Positions 15,201 to 28,296 of a stretch of DNA of 64,000 bases are shown in pieces; position 1 is the stretch's first letter, and each line of letters starts with the position of its first letter. The position numbers and the translations under genes are program-made. The notes under the pieces were generated by a model, which was not told the DNA's origin, made no database searches, and was given only the letters and a program-made list of their open reading frames with translations. The stretch lies in assembly GCF_009914755.1 (NCBI RefSeq), contig NC_060940.1. One strand, 5' to 3'. The stretch comes from the human T2T-CHM13v2.0 reference genome, Homo sapiens.

Positions 15201-18200
15201 CATTTGATGATTCCATCTGATTCTATTCGAGGATTCCATTTGATTCCATTCGATGATGATTCCATTCGAGTCCGTTCGATGATTTCATTCGAGTACATCC
15301 AATGATTCCATTCGAGTCCATTAGATGATTCCATTTGATTCCATTTGAAAATGATTCTACTAGAGTCCATTCAATGACTCCATTCGAGTCCATTCAACAA
15401 TTCCATTCGACTCCATTCGATGATTCCATTCGATTCCATTTGATGGTTCCATTCGAGTCCATTTAATCATTACAGTCGAGTCCATTTGGTGATTCCACTG
15501 GATTTCTTTTGATAATGATACCATTCCATTACATTTGATGATGATCCCATTCAATTTCATTTGATGATGATTCCATTAGAGTCCATTCGATGATTTCATT
15601 CGAGTCCCTTCATTGATTCCATCCGATTTCATTGGATGATGACTCCATTCGAGTCCATTCGATGATTCCACTCGATTCCATTAGATGACTCCATTGGAGT
15701 CCATTTGATTGTTCCATTCGATTCCATTCGATTCCTTTCGAAGATTATTCCATTTGAGTCCATTCGATGATGATTCCATTCCATTCCATTCGATGATTCC
15801 GTTTGATTCCATTCGATGATTCCCTTCGATTCCTTTCTTTGATGATTCCATTCCATTCCATTCAATGATTCCATTCGAATCTATTCCATGATGATTCCTT
15901 TCGATTCCATTCGCTGATGTTTCCGTTCAATTCCATTCGATGATGATTCCATTCGATTCCATTCATTGAGGATTCCATTTGATTCCATTCAATGATGATT
16001 CCATTCTATTCCATTCAATGATTGCATTCAATTCCATTCAATGATTATCCCATTAGAGTAAACTCAACGATTCCATTCAATACCATTCGATGATGATTCC
16101 TTTTGAGTCCATTCAATGATTTCATTCAAGTCCATTTGATGATTCCTTTCAATTCCATTCTATGATGATTCCATTCGAGTCCATTCGATGATTCCATTCG
16201 ATTGCATTCGATGATTCCATTATATTCCATTCAACGGTGATTCCATTCGAGTCCATTCCATGATTCCATTAGAGTACATTTAATGATTGCTTTGTTTTCA
16301 ATTCGAAGATGATTACATTGGATTCCATTCTATGATACCATTCGATTCCATTCAATGATGATTCCACTCAAATCCATTGGATGATTCCATTCGTGTCCAT
16401 TCGGTGATTTCATTAGATTCCATTCGAGGATGATTCCATTCGATTCCATTCGATGATTCCATTCAATTCCATTCGATGATGATTCCATTCCAGTCCATAT
16501 GATCATTCCATTTGATTTCATTCGATGATGATTCCATTCGATTCCATTCGACGATTCCATTCTATTCCATTCGATGATGATTCCATTCGAGTCCATTCGA
16601 TGATTCCATTCGAGTCCATTTAATGATTCCATTGGGTTCAATTCAATGATGATTACATTGGATTCCGTTCTATGATTCCATTCAATTCCGTTCATTGACA
16701 ATTTGATTCCATTCGATGATGATTCCATTTGAGTTCATTCGATGATTCTATTCGATTCTCTTCGATGGTGATTCAATTCTATTATATTGGATGATTCCAT
16801 TCGATTCCATTTGATGTTGATTCAATTCGATTCTATTCGATGATGATTCCATTGGATTTCACTTGATGATTCTATTCGATTCCATTCAATGATGATTCAC
16901 TTCTCGTCCATTGGATGATTCCATTTCATTCCATTCGATGATGATTCCATTCGATTCCATTCGATGATTCCATTTGATTCCATGCGACGGTGAGCAATTC
17001 GATTCAATTCCATGATGATTCTATTTGATTCAATTAGATGATGTTTCCATTCGAATCCATTCCATGATTATTCCATTGGAATCCATTCGGCGATGATTCC
17101 ATATGAGTCAATTCAATGATGATTCCATATGGGTCCGTTCGATGATAATTCCATTTGATTTCATTCGATGCTTCTATTCTATTCCAGTCGATGATGATTC
17201 CGTTGGAGTCCATACGATGATTCCATTTGATTTCATTTGATGATGATTCCATTCGATGATGATTACATTGGATTCCATTCTAAGATTCCATTCAATTCCA
17301 TTCGTTGATGATTCGATTCCATTCAATGATGATTCCATTTGAGTTCATTCGATGATTCTATTCGATTCCGTTCGATGGTGATTCAATTCTATTATATTGG
17401 ATGATTCCACTCGATTCCATTTGATGATTATTCCATTGGAGTCCACTTAGTGAATCCTTTAGATTCTACTCGACGATGATTCCATTCGAGTCCATTCGAT
17501 GATACCATTCAATTCCATTCGTTGATGCTTCCATTCAAGTGCATTCGATGATATCATTCGATTCCATTTGATGATAATTCCATTTGATTCCATGCGATGA
17601 TTCTATTCGATTCCATTCAATGATAATTCCATTCAATTCAGTGATTCCTCTGGACTCCATTTGATGATGATTCCATTCAATGATTCCATTCGATTCTATT
17701 CGAAAATGATTCCATTTGAATCCATTTGATGATGATTCCATTAGATTCCATTTGATGATTCCATTCGATTCCATTCGACGATGATTCCATTCGATTCCGT
17801 TTGATGATTCCATTCTATTCTATTCGATGATGATTCCATTCGATTCCATTCGATGATGATTGGATTCGATTCCATTTGATGATTTCATTTGATTCCATTC
17901 GTTAATGATTTCGATCAATTCCATTCGATGATTCCATTCGATTCCATTCGATAATGATTACATCCGAGTCCATTCGATGATTCCCTTTGAGCCTGTTCGA
18001 TAATTCCATTTGAGTCCAACCAATGATTCCATTCATTCCCATTCAATGATTCCATTCGAGTCCATTTGATCATTCCGGTAGGGTCCATTCGATGTTGATT
18101 CCATTGGAGTGCATTCGATGATTCCATTCGAGTCCATTTTAGGATTTGATTCGAGTCCTTTCGATGATTCCATTCGATTCCACTCGATGATGATTTCATT

Positions 18201-18336
18201 CGAGTCCATTCGACACTTCCAATCGATTCCATTTGATGATTCCATTCGAGTCCAATTGATGATTCCATTCAATTCCATTCGATGATGATTCCGTACGATT
18301 CCATTCTGTGATGATTCCATGTGATTGCATTCAATG
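12225..18336 (+). repeat. 6,112-bp unit 3 (haplotype A)
   Basis: Landmark at 12275; ORFs at +12224 from unit 1 with very few substitutions. Confidence 0.95.
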
Positions 18337-21300
18337 ATGATTCCTTTCGATTGCATTCGATTATGATTCATTTCGTGTTCATTCTATGGTTCCACAGGTT
18401 TCCATTCGTGTCCATTCCATTATTCCATTCTATTCCATTTGATGATGATTCCATTCGATTCCATTCATTGGTGATTCCACTCAATTCCATTCAATGATTC
18501 CATTCCATTTCTTTCAACAATGATTCCATTAGTTTCTAATCGATGATCCACTTGATTCCATTTGACGACGATTCCATTCTTGTCCATTCGATGATTCCAT
18601 TTGATTCCATATGATGATGATTCCATTCGATTCCATACCATGATGATTCCATTCGAGTCCATTCAATGGTGATTCCATTCAATTCCATTCGATGATTCCT
18701 TTTGATTCCATTCGATGATGATGGCATTCGATTCCTTTCAATCATTCCCTTTGATTCCATTCAAAGGTGATTTCATTCAAGTCCATTCGATAATTGCATT
18801 CGATTCCATTCTATGATGATTCCATTCGAGTCCATTTGATGATTCCATTCAATTCAAGTCAATGATGATTCCATTCGATTCCATTCGATGATTCCATTGG
18901 ATTCCATTCGATGATGATTCCATTCAAATCCATTCGATAATTCAATTCAAGTCCATTCGATGATGATTCCAATCGAATCCATTCAAAGATTCCATTCAGT
19001 TCCATTCGATGATTCCCTTAGATTCCATTCGATGATTCCACTTGATTGCATTTACGATGATTCCATTCGATTCCATGTGATGATTCCATTCAATTCTATT
19101 CAATGATGTCTCCATTTGATTCCATTCGACCATGATTGCCTTTGATTCCATTCAATGATTCCATTCGGTTCCGTTTGATGATGATTCCGTTCGATTCCAT
19201 TTGATGATTCCATTTGATTCCATTGGATGAGTCCATTCGATTACATTCGATGATTATTCCATTCGAGTGCATTAGATGATTCCATTCGAGTCCATTCGAT
19301 GATTCTATTCGATTCCATTCGATGTTGATTCTGTTCAAATCCATTCGATGATTCCACTCGATTCCATTCGATGACTCCATTTGATCCCATTCGATGATTT
19401 CCTTTGATTCCCTTTGATGATCATTCCATTTGATTCAATTCGGTGATTTCATTTGATTCCATTCAGTGATGTTTCCATTAGACTCCATTCGATGATGATT
19501 CCATTCGACTCCATTCGATTATGATTTCATTCAATTCCATTCGATAATGATTCCCTTCGAGTCCATTCGATGATTCCATTCGATTCCATTCAACGATGAT
19601 TTGATTCGTGTCCATTCGATGATTCCATTTGATTCCACTTGATGATGATTCCATTCGAGTCCATTTGATGATTCCATTCAATTCCATACTCCGATGATTT
19701 CTTTTGAGCCCACTCAATGCTTCCACTCGATTCCATATGATGATGACTCCATTCGATGAAATTCGATGATGATTCCATTCGCTTGCTTTCGATGATGATT
19801 CCACTTGAGTCCGTTAGAAGATTCTATTCAATTACATTCCAGGACGATTCCGTTCGAGTCCATTTGATGATTCCATTAGACTCCATTCGACGATGATTCC
19901 ATTCGATGTTATTCGATGATTCCATTCGATCTCATTCGATGATGATTCCATTCAACTCCATTCGATGTTTCCATTCGAGTTCATTCTATTATTCCATTAG
20001 ATTCCATTCGATGATGATTCCATTCGATTCCATTTGATGATTGCATTCTATTTCATTTGATGATGATTCCATTCGAGTCCACTCGATGATTCCATTCGAG
20101 TCCATTTAATGAATCCATTGGTTTCAATTCTATGATGATTACATTGGATTTCATTCGTTGATGATTTCATTCGGTTCCATTCAATGATGATTCCATTCAA
20201 TTCCTTTCAATGTTTCCATTCAATTCCATACGATGATGATTCCATTTGATTTGATTCGACAGTGAGCCATTCGATTCAATTCCATGATGATTCTATTTGA
20301 TTCAATTGGTTGACATTTCCATTCGATTCCATTCGATGATGATTCCCTTTGATTCCATTCAAAGATGATTCCATTCTAGCCCATTCAATCATTCCATTCG
20401 ATTCTATTCAATGATGATTCCATTCATGTCGATTTGGTGATTCCACTTGACTTCATTTGATGATGATTCCTTTCAAGTTCATTAGATGATTCCATTCGAT
20501 TCCATTTGATGATGATCCCATTCGAGTCCATTCAGTGATTCCATTCGTTTCCATTCCATGATGATTCCATTCCATTCCATTCAATGATTCCATTCGATTC
20601 CGTTTGATGATGATTTCATTCGAGTCCATTTAATGATTCCATTTGATTCCATTCGATGATGATTCCATTCGAGTCCATTCGATGATTCTATTCGAATCCA
20701 TTTGATGATTTCTTTTGATTATAGTTGGTGATGATTCCATTGGAGTCCATTCAATGATTCCATTCGATTCCAATCGATGATGATTCCATTAGAGTCCATT
20801 TAATGTTTCCATTTGATTCCAGTCTCTGATGATTACATTCGAGTCCATACGATGATTCCACTCAATTCCATATGATGATGATTCCATTTGATTCCATTCG
20901 GTGATTCCATTCTATTCTATTCAATGGTGATTCCATTCGAGTACATTAGATGATTCCATTCGATTCCATTCAATGATGATTCTATTTGTGTCCCTTAGAT
21001 GATTCCACATGATTCCATTAGATGATGATACTATTTGAGCCCATCCAATGATTCCCTTCGATTCCATTCGATGAGGATTCCATTCGATTCAATTCATTGG
21101 TGATTCTATTCAATTCAATTCTTTGATTCCATTCCATTCCATTCGACAATGATTCCATTCGATTTCTTTCGATGATTCCACTCGATTCCACTTGACATTG
21201 ATTCCATTCGATTCCATTCAATGATTCCATTTGATTCCAGTGGATGATGATTGCCATCGATTCCATTCGATCACTCCATTCTATTCCATTTAATGATGAT

Positions 21301-24300
21301 TACATTCGATTCCATTTGATGATTCCATCTGATTCTATTCGAGGATTCCATTTGATTCCATTCGATGATGATTCCATTCGAGTCCGTTCGATGATTTCAT
21401 TCGAGTACATCCAATGATTCCATTCGAGTCCATTAGATGATTCCATTTGATTCCATTTGATAATGATTCTACTAGAGTCCATTCAATGACTCCATTGGAG
21501 TCCATTCAACAATTCCATTCGACTCCATTTGATGATTCCATTGGATTCCATTTGATGATTCCATTCGAGTCCATTTAATCATTACAGTCGAGTCCATTTG
21601 GTGATTCCACCGGATTTCTTTTGATAATGATACCATTCAATTACATTTGATGATGATCCCATTCAATTTCATTTGATGATGATTCCATTAGAGTCCATTC
21701 GATGATTTCATTCGAGTCCCTTCATTGATTCCATCCGATTTCATTGGATGATGACTCCATTCGAGTCCATTCGATGATTCCACTCGATTCCATTAGATGA
21801 TTCCATTGGAGTCCATTTGATTGTTCCATTCGATTCCATTCGATTCCTTTCGAAGATTATTCCATTTGAGTCCATTCGATGATGATTCCATTCCATTCCA
21901 TTCGATGATTCCGTTTGATTCCATTCGATGATTCCCTTCGATTCCTTTCTTTGATGATTCCATTCCATTCCATTCAATGATTCCATTCGAATCTATTCCA
22001 TGATGATTCCTTTCGATTCCATTCGCTGATGTTTCCGTTCAATTTCATTCGATGATGATTCCATTCGATTCCATTCATTGAGGATTCCATTTGATTCCAT
22101 TCAATGATGATTCCGTTCTATTCCATTCAATGATTGCATTCAATTCCATTCAGTGATTATCCCCTTAGAGTAAACTCAACGATTCCATTCAATACCATTC
22201 GATGATGATTCCTTTTGAGTCCATTCAATGATTTCATTCAAGTCCATTTGATGATTCCTTTCAATTCCATTCTATGATGATTCCATTCGAGTCCATTCGA
22301 TGATTCCATTCGATTGCATTCGATGATTCCATTATATTCCAGTCAACGATGATTCCATTCGAGTCCATTCGATGATTCCATTAGAGTACATTTAATGATT
22401 GCTTTGTTTTCAATTCGAAGATGATTACATTGGATTCCATTCTATGATACCATTCGATTCCATTCAATGATGATTCCACTCAAATCCATTGGATGATTCC
22501 ATTCGTGTCCATTCGGTGATTTCATTAGATTCCATTCGAGGATGATTCCATTCGATTCCATTCGATGATTCCATTCAATTCCATTCGAGGATGATTCCAT
22601 TCCAGTCCATATGATCATTCCATTTGATTTCATTCGATGATGATTCCATTCGATTCCATTCGATGATTCCATTCTATTCCATTCGATGATGATTCCATTC
22701 GAGTCCATTCGATGATTCCATTCGAGTCCATTTAATGATTCCATTGGGTTCAATTCAATGATGATTACATTGGATTCCGTTCTATGATTCCATTCAATTC
22801 CGTTCATTGACAATTTGATTCCATTCGATGATGATTCCATTTGAGTTTATTCGATGATTCTATTCGATTCTCTTCGATGGTGATTCAATTCTATTATATT
22901 GGATGATTCCATTCGATTCCATTTGATGTTGATTCAATTCGATTCTATTCGATGATGATTCCATTTGATTCCATTCGACCATGATTGCCTTTGATTCCAT
23001 TCAATGATTCCATTCGGTTCCGTTTGATGATGATTCCGTTCGATTCCATTTGATGATTCCATTTGATTCCATTGGATGAGTCCATTCGATTACATTCGAT
23101 GATTATTCCATTCGAGTGCATTAGATGATTCCATTCGAGTCCATTCGATGATTCTATTCGATTCCATTCGATGTTGATTCTGTTCAAATCCATTCGATGA
23201 TTCCACTCGATTCCATTCGATGACTCCATTTGATCCCATTCGATGATTTCCTTTGATTCCCTTTGATGATCATTCCATTTGATTCAATTCGGTGATTTCA
23301 TTTGATTCCATTCAGTGATGTTTCCATTAGACTCCATTCGATGATGATTCCATTCGACTCCATTCGATTATGATTTCATTCAATTCCATTCGATAATGAT
23401 TCCCTTCGAGTCCATTCGATGATTCCATTCGATTCCATTCAACGATGATTTGATTCGTGTCCATTCGATGATTCCATTTGATTCCACTTGATGATGATTC
23501 CATTCGAGTCCATTTGATGATTCCATTCAATTCCATACTCCGATGATTTCTTTTGAGCCCACTCAATGCTTCCACTCGATTCCATATGATGATGACTCCA
23601 TTCGATGAAATTCGATGATGATTCCATTCGCTTGCTTTCGATGATGATTCCACTTGAGTCCGTTAGAAGATTCTATTCAATTACATTCCAGGACGATTCC
23701 GTTCGAGTCCATTTGATGATTCCATTAGACTCCATTCGACGATGATTCCATTCGATGTTATTCGATGATTCCATTCGATCTCATTCGATGATGATTCCAT
23801 TCAACTCCATTCGATGTTTCCATTCGAGTTCATTCTATTATTCCATTAGATTCCATTCGATGATGATTCCATTCGATTCCATTTGATGATTGCATTCTAT
23901 TTCATTTGATGATGATTCCATTCGAGTCCACTCGATGATTCCATTCGAGTCCATTTAATGAATCCATTGGTTTCAATTCTATGATGATTACATTGGATTC
24001 CATTCGTTGATGATTTCATTCGGTTCCATTCAATGATGATTCCATTCAATTCCTTTCAATGTTTCCATTCAATTCCATACGATGATGATTCCATTTGATT
24101 TGATTCGACAGTGAGCCATTCGATTCAATTCCATGATGATTCTATTTGATTCAATTGGTTGACATTTCCATTCGATTCCATTCGATGATGATTCCCTTTG
24201 ATTCCATTCAAAGATGATTCCATTCTAGCCCATTCAATCATTCCATTCGATTCTATTCAATGATGATTCCATTCATGTCGATTTGGTGATTCCACTTGAC

Positions 24301-27300
24301 TTCATTTGATGATGATTCCTTTCAAGTTCATTAGATGATTCCATTCGATTCCATTTGATGATGATCCCATTCGAGTCCATTCAGTGATTCCATTCGTTTC
24401 CATTCCATGATGATTCCATTCCATTCCATTCAATGATTCCATTCGATTCCGTTTGATGATGATTTCATTCGAGTCCATTTAATGATTCCATTTGATTCCA
24501 TTCGATGATGATTCCATTCGAGTCCATTCGATGATTCTATTCGAATCCATTTGATGATTTCTTTTGATTATAGTTGGTGATGATTCCATTGGAGTCCATT
24601 CAATGATTCCATTCGATTCCAATCGATGATGATTCCATTAGAGTCCATTTAATGTTTCCATTTGATTCCAGTCTCTGATGATTACATTCGAGTCCATACG
24701 ATGATTCCACTCAATTCCATATGATGATGATTCCATTTGATTCCATTCGGTGATTCCATTCTATTCTATTCAATGGTGATTCCATTCGAGTACATTAGAT
24801 GATTCCATTCGATTCCATTCAATGATGATTCTATTTGTGTCCCTTAGATGATTCCACATGATTCCATTAGATGATGATACTATTTGAGCCCATCCAATGA
24901 TTCCCTTCGATTCCATTCGATGAGGATTCCATTCGATTCAATTCATTGGTGATTCTATTCAATTCAATTCTTTGATTCCATTCCATTCCATTCGACAATG
25001 ATTCCATTCGATTTCTTTCGATGATTCCACTCGATTCCACTTGACATTGATTCCATTCGATTCCATTCAATGATTCCATTTGATTCCAGTGGATGATGAT
25101 TGCCATCGATTCCATTCGATCACTCCATTCTATTCCATTTGATGATGATTACATTCGATTCCATTTGATGATTCCATCTGATTCTATTCGAGGATTCCAT
25201 TTGATTCCATTCGATGATGATTCCATTCGAGTCCGTTCGATGATTTCATTCGAGTACATCCAATGATTCCATTCGAGTCCATTAGATGATTCCATTTGAT
25301 TCCATTTGATAATGATTCTACTAGAGTCCATTCAATGACTCCATTCGAGTCCATTCAACAATTCCATTCGACTCCATTCGATGATTCCATTCGATTCCAT
25401 TTGATGGTTCCATTCGAGTCCATTTAATCATTACAGTCGAGTCCATTTGGTGATTCCACCGGATTTCTTTTGATAATGATACCATTCAATTACATTTGAT
25501 GATGATCCCATTCAATTTCATTTGATGATGATTCCATTAGAGTCCATTCGATGATTTCATTCGAGTCCCTTCATTGATTCCATCCGATTTCATTGGATGA
25601 TGACTCCATTCGAGTCCATTCGATGATTCCACTCGATTCCATTAGATGATTCCATTGGAGTCCATTTGATTGTTCCATTCGATTCCATTCGATTCCTTTC
25701 GAAGATTATTCCATTTGAGTCCATTCGATGATGATTCCATTCCATTCCATTCGATGATTCCGTTTGATTCCATTCGATGATTCCCTTCGATTCCTTTCTT
25801 TGATGATTCCATTCCATTCCATTCAATGATTCCATTCGAATCTATTCCATGATGATTCCTTTCGATTCCATTCGCTGATGTTTCCGTTCAATTCCATTCG
25901 ATGATGATTCCATTCGATTCCATTCATTGAGGATTCCATTTGATTCCATTCAATGATGATTCCGTTCTATTCCATTCAATGATTGCATTCAATTCCATTC
26001 AATGATTATCCCCTTAGAGTAAACTCAACGATTCCATTCAATACCATTCGATGATGATTCCTTTTGAGTTCATTCAATGATTTCATTCAAGTCCATTTGA
26101 TGATTCCTTTCAATTCCATTCTATGATGATTCCATTCGAGTCCATTCGATGATTCCATTCGATTGCATTCGATGATTCCATTATATTCCAGTCAACGATG
26201 ATTCCATTCGAGTCCATTCGATGATTCCATTAGAGTACATTTAATGATTGCTTTGTTTTCAATTCGAAGATGATTACATTGGATTCCATTCTATGATACC
26301 ATTCGATTCCATTCAATGATGATTCCACTCAAATCCATTGGATGATTCCATTCGTGTCCATTCGGTGATTTCATTAGATTCCATTCGAGGATGATTCCAT
26401 TCGATTCCATTCGATGATTCCATTCAATTCCATTCGAGGATGATTCCATTCCAGTCCATATGATCATTCCATTTGATTCATTCGATGATGATTCCATTCG
26501 ATTCCATTCGATGATTCCATTCTATTCCATTCGATGATGATTCCATTCGAGTCCATTCGATGATTCCATTCGAGTCCATTTAATGATTCCATTGGGTTCA
26601 ATTCAATGATGATTACATTGGATTCCGTTCTATGATTCCATTCAATTCCGTTCATTGACAATTTGATTCCATTCGATGATGATTCCATTTGAGTTCATTC
26701 GATGATTCTATTCGATTCTCTTCGATGGTGATTCAATTCTATTATATTGGATGATTCCATTCGATTCCATTTGATGTTGATTCAATTCGATTCTATTCGA
26801 TGATGATTCCATTGGATTTCACTTGATGATTCTATTCGATTCCATTCAATGATGATTCACTTCTCGTCCATTGGATGATTCCATTTCATTCCATTCGATG
26901 ATGATTCCATTCGATTCCATTCGATGATTCCATTTGATTCCATGCGTCGGTGAGCAATTCGATTCAATTCCATGATGATTCTATTTGATTCAATTAGATG
27001 ATGTTTCCATTCGAATCCATTCCATGATTATTCCATTGGAATCCATTCGGCGATGATTCCATATGAGTCAATTCAATGATGATTCCATATGGGTCCGTTC
27101 GATGATAATTCCATTTGATTTCATTCGGTGCTTCTATTCAATTCCAGTCGATGATGATTCCGTTGGAGTCCATACGATGATTCCATTTGATTTCATTTGA
27201 TGATGATTCCATTCGATGATGATTACATTGGATTCCATTCTATGATTCCATTCAATTCCATTCGTTGATGATTCGATTCCATTCAATGATGATTCCATTT

Positions 27301-28296
27301 GAGTTCATTCGATGATTCTATTCGATTCCGTTCGGTGGTGATTCAATTCTCTTATATTGGATGATTCCACTCGATTCCATTTGATGATTATTCCATTGGA
27401 GTCCACTTAGGGAATCCTTCAGATTCTTCTCGAAGATGATTCCATTCAAGTCCATTCAATCATACCATTCAATTTCATTCGTTGATGCTTCCATTCAAGT
27501 GCATTCGATGATATCATTCGATTCCATTTGATGATAATTCCATTTGATTCCATGCGATGATTCTATTCGATTCCATTCAATGATAATTCCATTCAGTTCA
27601 GTGATTCCTCTGAACTCCATTTGATGATGATTCCATTCAATGATTCCATTCGATTCTATTCCAAAATGATTCCATTTGAATCCATTTGATGATGATTCCA
27701 TTAGATTCCATTTGATGATTCCATTCGATTCCATGCGACGATGATTCCATTCGATTCCATGTGATGATTCCATTCTATTCTATTCGATGATGATTCCATT
27801 CGATTCCATTCGATGATGATTGGATTCGATTCCATTTGATGATTTCATTTGATTCCATTCGTTAATGATTTCGATCAATTCCATTCGATGATTCCATTCG
27901 ATTGCATTCGATAATGATTACATCCGTGTCCATTCAATGATTCCATTTGAGCCTGTTCGATAATTCCATTTGAGTCCAACCAATGATTCCATTCATTTCC
28001 ATTCAATGATTCCATTCGAGTCCATTTGATCATTCCGGTAGGGTCCATTCGATGTTGATTCCATTGGAGTGCATTCGATGATTCCATTCGAGTCCATTTT
28101 AGGATTTGATTCGAGTCCTTTCGATGATTCCATTCGATTCCACTCGATGATGATTTCATTCGAGTCCATTCGACACTTCCAATCGATTCCATTTGATGTT
28201 TCCATTCGAGTCCAATTGATGATTCCATTCAATTCCATTCGATGATGATTCCGTACGATTCCATTCTGTGATGATTCCATGTGATTGCATTCAATG
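18337..28296 (+). repeat. Expanded unit 4, 9,960 bp (6112 + 3849 internal duplication - 1)
   Basis: Landmarks at 18387 and 28347. ORF pairs 19096/22945, 19478/23327, 21018/24867 and 22442/26291 are all offset by 3849. There is a 1-bp deletion near 26478. Confidence 0.93.
19117..26813 (+). repeat. Tandem duplication of a 3,849-bp sub-unit segment (copies 19117-22965 and 22966-26813)
   Basis: The junction at 22960-22965 (TCCATT) joins unit position ~4629 to position ~781. Both copies share private variants, e.g. A at 19480 and 23329. Confidence 0.88.

Noticed and set aside
22960-22966. Reading unit 4 as two units joined by a 2,263-bp deletion
   Set aside because: This is formally equivalent in length, but the two copies share private variants and the same haplotype switch, which favours a local duplication. 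It is not excluded if a whole-unit duplication preceded a deletion.
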